Assembly: GCA_022711115.1 (NCBI GenBank)
Contig: JAKLFP010000005.1
Coordinates: 8,572 to 72,571, forward strand
Reading direction: 5' to 3'
Source: Candidatus Omnitrophota bacterium
GTDB lineage: Bacteria; Omnitrophota; Omnitrophia; Omnitrophales; Aquincolibacteriaceae
DNA length: 64,000 bases
Shown here: positions 36,301 to 45,134 of the stretch, piece by piece
Layout of the letters: each line of letters opens with the position of its first letter
How positions within the stretch are numbered: the stretch's first letter is position 1
Program-made: the position numbers and the translations under genes
The notes under the pieces: model-generated
What the model saw: the letters and a program-made list of their open reading frames with translations, nothing else
The model's database searches: none
Told to the model about the DNA's origin: nothing

Positions 36301-37776
36301 ATGTTTCACTCTAAAAAATTCATGAGTGTTCTCGTTTTGCTGCTTGTCGTCGGTACGGCGTTTGTGATGTCGGGCTGTGCGACTTGCTGCGGCGGCCCCG
36401 CTCCCGTGAAAGCCAGCAAGTGTGCGTTTGGGGTTCAAGGGTGCGATAAAGGTAACAGTGCCATCTGGATCGAGAAATCGATGCCGGAGCAGGTCGTTGT
36501 CGGGAAACCCTTCGAGTACACCATCCAGGTGACGAACCTGAGGTCGTGTGCGTTGGAGGATGTGGCAATTAGTGAGAGAGCTTCAGAAGGGCTTACGATT
36601 CAGTCAGGTGAAGCGGAATTGAAGATCGGGACTATGAAGCCGCATGAGGTGCGTCAGATTAAGATGACCGCTGTTGCCAATGCGGGCGGGACTCCCTCGA
36701 CTTGCACTAAAGCGGATTACAAACCCGTGCTTTGCTGCGGGTTGGAAGCGATTTCACCGAGTTTGAAAGTTGTTCTTGAAGCGCCGAGTCAGGCGTTACT
36801 CTGCGATCTCATTCCCGTGAAAGTAACGGTGACGAATACGGGTACGGGCAATGCGCAGAATGTGAAAGTAACACAAGCTTTACCTCAGGGATTGACCACG
36901 CATGATGGAAAGACATCCCTTGTGATGGATGCGGGGACACTTGCAGGTGGGGCTTCCAAGAGCTATACAGTAAACCTGAAAGCCGCACAATCGGGTGATT
37001 ATAGTAACAGCGCTTCAGCGGCTGCCGCGAGTGGTATTACGGCCGCTTCAGGAGCTGTGACGACTTCCGTTGTGCAGCCTGTGCTCAAGGTTGGCGTTTC
37101 TGGTCCAGGCAAGATTTTTGTGACCAAAAATGCGGATTTCAAGGTTGATGTTCAGAACACCGGAAATGCTGATTCTGCAAACACCACAGTGATGGCGACC
37201 ATTCCCGCGGGGATGAGGTTTGTTGGCGCCTCCAACGGTGGTGCTGTTTCTGGTAATTCGGTGGTTTGGAACATCGGGACGTTGCCTGCCGGCAAAGGTG
37301 CTACTCTTGACATGACCTTCAATGCTGTGTCGGGTGGAACGGGAGAAAGCATTGCCAGAGCCACGGGTACTTGCTGCCAGGAAGCAAATGCAGCAGTCAA
37401 ATCCGATGTCGAAGGAATCCCGGCGATCCTGCTGGAGGTTGTTGATACGGAAGATCCTATTCAGGTTGGTGCGGCGGAAAAGTATTACATCACGGTTACC
37501 AACCAGGGATCTGCTCCGGATAACAACATTGTCGTGAAAGTGAATTTCGAAGACAATCTCGACTATGTGTCTTCTTCCGGTCCGACCCAAGGTCAGTCCG
37601 GGGATGTCAAATCAGTCGCATTTGCTCCGTTAGCAACACTCGGAGCTGGCCAAAGGGCAACATGGGAAGTGACTGCGAAAGCGGTCAAAGAAGGGGATCA
37701 TCGCACGACGGTTGTTATGACGAGCGATGTGATCAGCCGGCCGGTTCAGGAAACGGAAGCGACTCGAATTTACTAA
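36301..37776 (+). CDS. lipoprotein with DUF11 (conserved repeat domain, OmcB-like) repeats
   Basis: Lipobox VMSGC, then repeated blocks of about 110 aa of the type (Y/F)TI(Q/T)VTN-G ... NxV as seen in DUF11/CARDB-like repeats. Several paired cysteines (CCGG, LCCG, GTCCQ). Confidence 0.6.
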   Translation: MFHSKKFMSVLVLLLVVGTAFVMSGCATCCGGPAPVKASKCAFGVQGCDKGNSAIWIEKSMPEQVVVGKPFEYTIQVTNLRSCALEDVAISERASEGLTIQSGEAELKIGTMKPHEVRQIKMTAVANAGGTPSTCTKADYKPVLCCGLEAISPSLKVVLEAPSQALLCDLIPVKVTVTNTGTGNAQNVKVTQALPQGLTTHDGKTSLVMDAGTLAGGASKSYTVNLKAAQSGDYSNSASAAAASGITAASGAVTTSVVQPVLKVGVSGPGKIFVTKNADFKVDVQNTGNADSANTTVMATIPAGMRFVGASNGGAVSGNSVVWNIGTLPAGKGATLDMTFNAVSGGTGESIARATGTCCQEANAAVKSDVEGIPAILLEVVDTEDPIQVGAAEKYYITVTNQGSAPDNNIVVKVNFEDNLDYVSSSGPTQGQSGDVKSVAFAPLATLGAGQRATWEVTAKAVKEGDHRTTVVMTSDVISRPVQETEATRIY

Positions 37777-37800
37777 TTCGAGGATTGTGCTGTCAGTCAG

Positions 37801-37842
37801 CAAAGGCGCCGAAGGCAGCAATTCGGCGCCTTTGCTGTTTTA
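37801..37842 (+). terminator. Rho-independent terminator
   Basis: 13-bp perfect stem CAAAGGCGCCGAA / TTCGGCGCCTTTG with an 8-nt loop, followed by CTGTTTT. Confidence 0.65.
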
Positions 37843-37992
37843 CGAATTTATGAGCAAGGCGATTTCTGAAAAAAAGTTGGCACGCTATTCCTCCTTGGTT
37901 TGGTAAGCGTGCCTTCTTTTTCACAAGGAAAGTCTAACCCCTGCTTTATAACGTTCAAGGGAAGCACATTTTTAAAAAAAGGAAGGAAGACA

Positions 37993-38412
37993 ATGAAAAA
38001 AAATATATTCAAAATAGCGAGTCTCTGTTTTCTCATGTTTTGCGTTGCTTCGCTGGGCGTTGTTGCTTACGGTGAGGATGTCACGGAAAAAACCCCCGAA
38101 GGTTGGAGCAAAGGGCTGAAAAAAGGCTGGCAGGGGAATATGCCTCCCGGGCTTTCGAAAAAAGAAAGCAAAAAGATAAGTAAAGAAGCTGAAAAGGCTG
38201 CAAAGGAAGTTGACAAGCAAAAGAAAAAAGCAGAGAAAGAAGCCAAAAAGGCTCAGAAGCAAGCAGAGAAAGATGCCAAGAAAGCCAAGAAGCAAGCTGA
38301 AAAAGAAGCCAAGAAGCAGAAGAAAAAAGCAGAAAAAGAGGCTAAGAGAGCAGAAAAAGAAGCCCGAAAGGCCCAGCAACAGGCTGAAAAAGAAGCGGGG
38401 AAAGTTTCTTAA
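37993..38412 (+). CDS. small secreted Lys/Ala/Glu-rich repeat protein
   Basis: Signal peptide MKKNIFKIASLCFLMFCVASLGVVAYG, then about 90 aa of AEKEAKKAQKQ-type degenerate repeats. RBS AGGAAGG upstream; the ORF-track start at 37900 was rejected. Confidence 0.5.
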   Translation: MKKNIFKIASLCFLMFCVASLGVVAYGEDVTEKTPEGWSKGLKKGWQGNMPPGLSKKESKKISKEAEKAAKEVDKQKKKAEKEAKKAQKQAEKDAKKAKKQAEKEAKKQKKKAEKEAKRAEKEARKAQQQAEKEAGKVS

Positions 38413-38477
38413 ACTTTTAAATGTGAAGCGTTTGTTTTGAAAAGCTTTTTTTATTTCAAAAAAGGAGAAATGAAACT

Positions 38478-38918
38478 ATGAAAATCATGGAAGAATTCAA
38501 GGCCTTTGTCATGCGCGGCAATGTCATTGATATGGCGGTCGGCGTGATTATTGGTGCTGCTTTCGGGAAAATAGTGACGTCTTTGGTGAACGATGTCTTG
38601 ATGCCGCCGATCGGACTACTGCTCGGTAAAGTCGATTTCAGCAACCTCTATATCAACATGTCAGGAAAAGTGTTTGAATCTTTGGCGGAAGCTCAAAAAG
38701 CCGGTGCTCCGACCTTGAACTACGGGATCTTTCTAAATAACGTGATCAATTTTATAATTGTGGCCTTTGTGATCTTCATATTGATCAAGCAGATCAATCG
38801 GCTGCAGCGTCAACCGAAACCGGCACCCGCGGTTCCGACGACCAAGGACTGCCAGTTTTGTTGTTCTACGATTCCGATTAAGGCGACCCGCTGTCCGAAC
38901 TGCACATCTCAGGTCTGA
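38478..38918 (+). CDS. mscL: large-conductance mechanosensitive channel with C-terminal CxxC...CxxC zinc-ribbon-like tail
   Basis: Conserved MscL N-terminus ([27 protein letters not shown]...DVLMPPIG), a second TM segment, then [24 protein letters not shown]. Confidence 0.85.
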   Translation: MKIMEEFKAFVMRGNVIDMAVGVIIGAAFGKIVTSLVNDVLMPPIGLLLGKVDFSNLYINMSGKVFESLAEAQKAGAPTLNYGIFLNNVINFIIVAFVIFILIKQINRLQRQPKPAPAVPTTKDCQFCCSTIPIKATRCPNCTSQV

Positions 38919-38967
38919 TCGGTTGCTTCAGATGTTTTTTAACATTAAAATCAATGGAGGCATTAAC

Positions 38968-39711
38968 ATGAAAAAACTTTTTGTGGTGTTTTTGGTGGGA
39001 GGGATGATTCTGGCAGGCATGTCCGGTTGTTCCAAGCAAGAACAGCCCGTGCAGAATTTGCCGGTTGTTCCGTCGACGGAACAGCCTTTGCAGAACGTGG
39101 TTGACCAAACGACCGAACAAGTTCAAACCGTTGCTGCGGAAGCCCAATCGAAGGCGGATGAGGTTGTGCAAAATGTTCAAGAAAAAGTCACAGAAGCGGG
39201 AACGGCCTTCCAGGACCAGCTGAATAATATGGTCAAGTCTTCAGAAAATGTTACGGAAGATCTTGCGCAGAAAGTTGATGCGGCAGTGGACAGCACGGTA
39301 ACGCAGGCTGAAACTAAGGCCGCTGAAGCGACAGCCCCCATTACGGAACCTTCAATTCCGGCTTCGCCGGATGCTGTGGTGAGTCAAGCCGAGCAGGCGG
39401 TTGAGGCAGTTGTGGAGGGAGAGGCGAAACAAGTTGGCGCCACAGTTGCAGACACGGCAGCTCCGGTGGCGGCACCTTCGGTCCCGGACACGCTCGATGC
39501 TGTGGTAGAGCCGGTAAAAGAAGAGGTTGTTGCCGCGGTTGATAGTATGGCAAAATCAGCCGAGACTCAAGCCGCAGAGGTTTCAGCTCCGATAACAACA
39601 GAGACAGTGCAACCTGCAACTCCTGTGACGCCGGCTGCGGCAAATGTTGCCAATGCCGTTAGTGAGGCTGTTGCGCCGGATTCAACGAACACTCCTGCCT
39701 CTACGATTTAA
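38968..39711 (+). CDS. low-complexity (A/V/E/Q/T-rich) lipoprotein
   Basis: Lipobox GMSGC after the signal peptide MKKLFVVFLVGGMILA; the remainder is low-complexity. The ORF-track start at 38923 was rejected. Confidence 0.45.
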   Translation: MKKLFVVFLVGGMILAGMSGCSKQEQPVQNLPVVPSTEQPLQNVVDQTTEQVQTVAAEAQSKADEVVQNVQEKVTEAGTAFQDQLNNMVKSSENVTEDLAQKVDAAVDSTVTQAETKAAEATAPITEPSIPASPDAVVSQAEQAVEAVVEGEAKQVGATVADTAAPVAAPSVPDTLDAVVEPVKEEVVAAVDSMAKSAETQAAEVSAPITTETVQPATPVTPAAANVANAVSEAVAPDSTNTPASTI

Positions 39712-39722
39712 GAAAACAAGCT

Positions 39723-39769
39723 AAAGAGGTGCCCCATTTTAACTGGTTGGGCGCCTCTTTTCCTTTTCT
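39723..39769 (+). terminator. Rho-independent terminator
   Basis: 12-bp stem AAAGAGGTGCCC / GGGCGCCTCTTT (one G-U pair) with a 14-nt loop, then TCCTTTTCT. Confidence 0.5.
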
Positions 39770-39808
39770 AATCAAAGAATCGCATCACTTTTAAAAGGAT
39801 AATCTCGC

Positions 39809-41152
39809 ATGATTCAGAAAATGCAACGATTTTTAAAACAGGATATCTGGCGCATTCGAGTCGGGGAAGCCAAGGGGTTTCGAGGAAAAGGGATCCGCCT
39901 GCTACGCATTTTTTTACTCTCTTTCAGTCAGTTTTCAAGCGATATGTGCTCGCTTCGCGCTTCTGCGCTTACGTTCTATACCCTTCTTTCCATCGTTCCG
40001 GTGCTCGCCATGTCTTTCGGCATCGCCAAAGGGTTCGGTTTGGATAGGCTTTTGCGGGAAAAGTTAATCGAGGGCATGCAGGGCCAGCAGGAAGTTCTGA
40101 ATCGGGTCATTACGTTTGCGGAAACCATGCTGGAAAATACACGGGGCGGGTTGGTCGCAGGGGTCGGTGTCGCCCTTCTTCTCTGGTCCGTGATCCAGGT
40201 GCTTGGAAATATCGAATCCTCATTCAATGATATATGGGGTATCAAAAAGCAGCGCAGTTTAGGAAGGAAATTCACGGATTATCTTTCCATGATGTTGATT
40301 GCTCCGATTCTTTATATTGTCGCAAGCAGCGCCACCGTGTTTGTGACGAGTCAGATCACCCTGATTATGGAAAAGATAGCTTTTCTTGGCCCCGTGGCGC
40401 CTTTTATTATTATGAGCCTCAAAATCCTTCCTTTTTTTATTTTTTGGGGACTTTTGACTTATCTCTACATTGCCATGCCTAACGGAACAATCCATTTTAA
40501 ATCCGCACTTCTCGGAGGTATTGTAGCCGGCACGATGTATCAAATTGTTCAATGGATTTATATCCGTTTTCAGATCGGAGTCTCGAGTGCAGGCGCTATT
40601 TACGGAAGCTTTGCGGCTTTGCCGCTTTTTTTGATTTGGCTGCAGATGAGCTGGCGGATCGTGCTTTACGGCGGAGAACTTGCGTTCTCGCATCAGAACG
40701 AACAAACCTTTGAGTTCGAACATGATTGTCTGAATGCAAATTATGCTGTCAAAAAACTTCTTTCGCTCCGGATCGCGCAAATCTGTGTTAACCGTTTTGC
40801 CGAGGGACTGCCGCCTCTTACTGCCGAAAAAATTGCGGCGCAGTTGGAAATGCCGGTGCGGCTCGCGCGGGACCTGATCTTTCATTTGACGGAGGCGAAT
40901 ATTTTGACGACGGCTCAAGGAGAAAACGAACGTGACCGCCGTTACCAGCCTGCCCGTGATGTGGGGGATATGACGGTCCAGTTCGTGATCGAACAAATGG
41001 AGAAAGCGGGGACAAGCGATATCCCGGTCATAGAAACGCCCGAGCTTGATAAATTGCGGGGATCGCTTATGGCCTTTGGCGTTGCTGTCAAAAAACTGCC
41101 TGAAAATAAACTTCTGAAAGACTTGCATGCGATCTCTTCACCTGTGTCGTGA
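39809..41152 (+). CDS. YihY/BrkB family inner-membrane protein with about 150-aa C-terminal cytoplasmic extension
   Basis: YihY-like N-terminus (ASALTFYTLLSIVPVLAM) and 6 TM segments. The antisense 289-aa ORF was rejected. Confidence 0.7.
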   Translation: MIQKMQRFLKQDIWRIRVGEAKGFRGKGIRLLRIFLLSFSQFSSDMCSLRASALTFYTLLSIVPVLAMSFGIAKGFGLDRLLREKLIEGMQGQQEVLNRVITFAETMLENTRGGLVAGVGVALLLWSVIQVLGNIESSFNDIWGIKKQRSLGRKFTDYLSMMLIAPILYIVASSATVFVTSQITLIMEKIAFLGPVAPFIIMSLKILPFFIFWGLLTYLYIAMPNGTIHFKSALLGGIVAGTMYQIVQWIYIRFQIGVSSAGAIYGSFAALPLFLIWLQMSWRIVLYGGELAFSHQNEQTFEFEHDCLNANYAVKKLLSLRIAQICVNRFAEGLPPLTAEKIAAQLEMPVRLARDLIFHLTEANILTTAQGENERDRRYQPARDVGDMTVQFVIEQMEKAGTSDIPVIETPELDKLRGSLMAFGVAVKKLPENKLLKDLHAISSPVS

Positions 41153-41155
41153 AAT

Positions 41156-41902
41156 ATGATGCATAGAAAAACAGCCTGCTTTATTTGCTTTGTTTTTTTT
41201 GCGGCTATTTCGTGTGTTCAAGCGGGTTGGAGAGAACAGCTGCAAACGGTATTCAAACCATTGCAACAGGCAAGTCTTAGCGATACCCAAATCGGGCAGG
41301 GGTTGAAAGAAGCTTTAATGACCGGTGTCGATCATGCGGTCAAAAAGGCAAGTGCGGCAGGCGGGTATTTCCAAAACGAACAAATCAAGATCAAGTTCCC
41401 GCAACAGCTTTCCATGGTTGAAAAAGGGCTAAGAACGATCGGGATGGGCTCGAAGATCGATGATTTTGAGAAAAGCGTCAATCGCGCGGCAGAAGCAGCG
41501 GCCCCTCAAGCCAAAGGAGCTTTGCTGGATGCGGTCATGGGGATGTCCTTTGAAGATGCACGAACGATTCTTAAAGGAGGTGATACGGCCGCCACGGATT
41601 ATTTCAAGCAAAAGACTTGGAACCGGCTTTACCAGATGGTGGCGCCCTCGATGAAAAAGACCCTCGACCAATACAGTGTTTCTCAGAAATATGATCAGTT
41701 GCTTGGGGCGTACAACAAAATCCCTCTTGCCGCGAAGCCGAAACTCATTTCAGCAGATCAGTATGCCACGGCCAAAGCGCTGGATGGGCTTTTTGTTCTG
41801 ATTGCCGAGCAAGAGAAAAAGATCCGGACCGATCCGCAAGCCCGTATCACTGACCTTCTGAAGAGCGTTTTTGCCTCAACCGGAAAAAACAACAAGTTAT
41901 GA
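41156..41902 (+). CDS. secreted hypothetical protein (DUF4197-like)
   Basis: Signal peptide, 248 aa, no catalytic motifs recognised. Confidence 0.45.
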   Translation: MMHRKTACFICFVFFAAISCVQAGWREQLQTVFKPLQQASLSDTQIGQGLKEALMTGVDHAVKKASAAGGYFQNEQIKIKFPQQLSMVEKGLRTIGMGSKIDDFEKSVNRAAEAAAPQAKGALLDAVMGMSFEDARTILKGGDTAATDYFKQKTWNRLYQMVAPSMKKTLDQYSVSQKYDQLLGAYNKIPLAAKPKLISADQYATAKALDGLFVLIAEQEKKIRTDPQARITDLLKSVFASTGKNNKL

Positions 41903-42132
41903 TGACACTTAAACACTGGATATTCTGTGTAATGGCGTGTATGTTGATTGCGGGATGTGCCAGTAAACCTGTTCCCGAAGAATGCAGCACGTGCCGGGAA
42001 ACAGCCCCGGCGGTCTCCCCGTCCAATCACGGCCTCGTTTAAAGAAATATTCCGGCATGGTCTAGCACAAAGCAGATTCAAAGCTTGATGCAAAAGTTTC
42101 TTCGACACTTCAACATGAAAAGGAGATTGAAC

Positions 42133-43989
42133 ATGAAAAAGTTTCTTATGATTCTTTTTATCATCATACTTATCATCATGGTGGGGGGGGCTGTTTTTTT
42201 AATGACGCTCGACGTGGATAAATTCAGGCCTCAGATCGTGAGCCAGATCGAAAATGCCATCAAAAAACCTGTCCTTTTGGATAAAATCAAATTGGGCTGG
42301 CAATCCGGTATGGCCCTGGAGCTTCGGGGATTTGCTGTTTTAAAGAGCCAGCAAAGTTCTGAAGCGCTCGTCAAAGTGGATTCTGCCAAGGCCCTTTTGA
42401 AACTCGCGCCACTTTTTTCCCGGCAGATCCAGATCACGACTATCTACTTGGATCATCCCTTAATCCATCTCATCAAAAAACAGGACGGGACGTTCGAAGG
42501 TTTGGAATCTGCAGTACAACCGCCGAGCCGGCCACAAGACGGGAACAGTTCGGGTCAAGCAGCGGCCCTTGCCTTTCTTGTGAATGACATCAGGATCAAC
42601 GACGGAGAAGTTATTTTTAAAGATGTTTCGGGTAAAGAACCGATGGAGATCAACCTTCGCAAGATCCATGTGACCCTTGCCAATGTCGCGCTGAATGAAC
42701 CGATCGATTTCAAAATCGCAGCAGCGGTTTTCAGCAATGGTCAAAATCTGAACGCCCAAGGGAAACTAACGATTTCTCCACAAGAGCGAACCCATACCGT
42801 AAAGGGATTTCACGCCGCATTGCAATTGGCGCCAATGGATTTCCAGGAAATGGTCAAAGTCAGCCCGGCTCTCAAGACGTCGGGGATTGTCTTTCCGCTT
42901 GAGGGAACCCTGACGGTCGATGCCGACTCCTTGAAGATGGATGATCAAGGACTTAAAAATGAACCCATAAAAATTCGTTTGAATCGCGGCAAGATCCGTT
43001 TGCAATCGCTTAAAGATCCGGTTGAAAATATTTCATTGGATGCACTTGTGACGGTTGCCATGATCAAGGTTCAAAAATTCACGGCCGACCTTGCCGGCGG
43101 AAAAATTGAAGGACAAGGTGCAGTTAACATCACAAATCCTTCAAGCCCGGTAACCGCTTTTGATGTAAAAGTAGATAAATTGAAAATCGAGAATCTGACC
43201 ACATCGCTTCCACAAGCCGGTCCCCAAGCTAAAGGATTGCTTTCAGTGGTGGTGAGAGGGAACTTGACCGGACAAACTCCGGAGGATATCCAACAGACGA
43301 TCACTGCGGAGGGGACTGTGACTTTGGAACAGGCTGTGATCACCCATCTGAATATTCTGAGGGAAGTCTTTCAAAAACTGTCCGTGATTCCCGGTCTGGT
43401 GGAAAAACTTCTGATGCGTTTACCGAAGAATTACCAGGAAAAATTAAAAACAGAAGATACACAACTAAAAACGGTTCAGTTTCCATTTTTAGTAAAGAGC
43501 GGAGTAGTTCGTTTGCCGCAAATAGATGTGAGTACAGATTCCTTTCAGGTAACAGGCTCCGGGACCTATGGCTTGGTACAAAGTGATGTGGCCGGAACCG
43601 CTGTGCTTGCCATCGAACCGGATCTTTCCGGGGCGATGATCCGTAGTGTAGAAGAACTGCAGTATCTGACAAATGAAAAGAAGGAAATTCAGGTTCCTCT
43701 GGCGATTCAGGGCCGTATCCCGAAAGTTACGGTGATGCCGGATCTTCAGTTTGTAGCTTCCAAGATAGCGGCCCAGAAGGCAAAAGAAGTGATCGGCGGT
43801 TATCTGGAAAAGGCGCTCGGCAAAAAAGAAACCCCAGCAGATCCAAGGACCACATCTGCCAAGTCTGAACCGGTGACTGCGGAATCTCCGACTAAAAAGG
43901 CAGGACTGCTTGGAGAACTGCTCCGGCAAGGTATGAAGGAAATTCTTTCCGAAGACCCAGCATCTACAGCAACAGAAAAAGTCTTATGA
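42133..43989 (+). CDS. AsmA-family protein (outer-membrane biogenesis/lipid transport-like)
   Basis: N-terminal TM anchor (MKKFLMILFIIILIIMVGGAVFLM) followed by a long beta-rich periplasmic region with the AsmA-like N-terminal block (LDVDKFRPQIVSQIENAIKKPVLLDKIKLGW). RBS AAGGAG upstream. Confidence 0.7.
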   Translation: MKKFLMILFIIILIIMVGGAVFLMTLDVDKFRPQIVSQIENAIKKPVLLDKIKLGWQSGMALELRGFAVLKSQQSSEALVKVDSAKALLKLAPLFSRQIQITTIYLDHPLIHLIKKQDGTFEGLESAVQPPSRPQDGNSSGQAAALAFLVNDIRINDGEVIFKDVSGKEPMEINLRKIHVTLANVALNEPIDFKIAAAVFSNGQNLNAQGKLTISPQERTHTVKGFHAALQLAPMDFQEMVKVSPALKTSGIVFPLEGTLTVDADSLKMDDQGLKNEPIKIRLNRGKIRLQSLKDPVENISLDALVTVAMIKVQKFTADLAGGKIEGQGAVNITNPSSPVTAFDVKVDKLKIENLTTSLPQAGPQAKGLLSVVVRGNLTGQTPEDIQQTITAEGTVTLEQAVITHLNILREVFQKLSVIPGLVEKLLMRLPKNYQEKLKTEDTQLKTVQFPFLVKSGVVRLPQIDVSTDSFQVTGSGTYGLVQSDVAGTAVLAIEPDLSGAMIRSVEELQYLTNEKKEIQVPLAIQGRIPKVTVMPDLQFVASKIAAQKAKEVIGGYLEKALGKKETPADPRTTSAKSEPVTAESPTKKAGLLGELLRQGMKEILSEDPASTATEKVL

Positions 43990-44111
43990 GACTAAGCGCC
44001 ATTCTTGGCATCAGCAAAAGATAATCCCGCAAAGCGCATGATTTTGGTTTGCATCCCTCAGGTGATGAGAAGAGCAAAGTTGCTTGGTCAATGGAGCCGT
44101 CTGTAAAGCCT

Positions 44112-44924
44112 ATGGGGAATAAAAAAAGGGCGCATCAAGCGATAGCCGTATTCCTTTGCCTTTCCCTGGGGATGGCGGGTTGCGCGGTTTTAAAAACAGA
44201 TGAGTATGCCCAATTTGGGTACAAAGGCCAGGCTGAAACGAAAGAAGGCCAAAGAGTTCTGCCGATTGATTGGCTCGGGAATTTTTTTGGAGCTTTTTCA
44301 AAATTGATTCTCTGGAATTGGAAAGTAGACCGCCATCATATTCAGGCAGATACCCAAGAAGTGGTGGCCCAATACCTACGAGCTCACGAAGATACGCTTG
44401 GAAATGTTTTGGTTCAGTTGAACCGTTATGCCCCTCAGGATTCCTGGGGACGTCTTTTTCAAAATAAGGGAGTCCAATGGCCGTATCGGTATTTTTTGGG
44501 GATTTTCAGTGTTTTAATTTTGGATACGCTCCTGCCTGGGCGCATCTTTGGCGGTGATCGATACGATCCTTTCACGCATACAGTCCATCTTTACTCTGAT
44601 CTTCCCTCGATCGCTCTGCATGAACTTGGCCACGCGGAGGACTTTGCAGAACGCCGTTACCGTGGCTCTTACGCCTTATTCCGGATCGTGCCCTTTGCCG
44701 ATCTTTATCAAGAACGTAAAGCTACCGATTTTGCCTTTCAGTATGTCCGTAGTGAAAAAATGTATTCCACCGAAATCGAGAGTTATAAGGTGCTCTACCC
44801 GGCGTATGGAACCTATGTGGGCAGTTATCTGTTTTCTTTTGGAATCGTAGCTCTTATTGTGGGCCATATCTGGGGGAGATCGGAAGCTCACGGGCTGGAA
44901 AAACGCATTGCCATAAAGGCATAG
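44112..44924 (+). CDS. putative lipoprotein with HExxH (zinc-metallopeptidase-like) motif and C-terminal TM segment
   Basis: Signal/lipobox-like GMAGC, the motif ALHELGHAEDF, and a C-terminal hydrophobic segment. The start is uncertain; the ORF track begins at 44049. Confidence 0.4.
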   Translation: MGNKKRAHQAIAVFLCLSLGMAGCAVLKTDEYAQFGYKGQAETKEGQRVLPIDWLGNFFGAFSKLILWNWKVDRHHIQADTQEVVAQYLRAHEDTLGNVLVQLNRYAPQDSWGRLFQNKGVQWPYRYFLGIFSVLILDTLLPGRIFGGDRYDPFTHTVHLYSDLPSIALHELGHAEDFAERRYRGSYALFRIVPFADLYQERKATDFAFQYVRSEKMYSTEIESYKVLYPAYGTYVGSYLFSFGIVALIVGHIWGRSEAHGLEKRIAIKA

Positions 44925-45134
44925 TTTTCAGCAAAGCAGACAAGGCTGTTGCCGAATGACAAACCGCATCTTTCTCAAACGAAGGGCCCCGGTTTTCTTC
45001 CAAAGACTTGCATCGCTCCATTTGGATCGCAGAATATCCCAAGTTGTGATCTATGATCTTGTGTTATAAAAGCTGATGCCGATTTGTATGTGGCCTATTT
45101 GGTCGAAAAGAAGTAAAATGCCACCTTAAAATAG

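Noticed and set aside
37048-37590. 180-aa minus-strand ORF
   Set aside because: It lies inside the DUF11 lipoprotein gene on the opposite strand; a GC-skewed region gives a long open antisense frame.
38919-38945. Weak hairpin (TCTGA-9 nt-TCAGA) plus T-run after mscL
   Set aside because: The stem is only 5 bp and AT-rich, too weak to annotate as a terminator with confidence.
40259-41128. 289-aa minus-strand ORF
   Set aside because: It lies entirely antisense within the YihY/BrkB gene, which has clear family motifs and TM periodicity. The antisense product is Arg/His-rich low complexity, typical of a shadow ORF.
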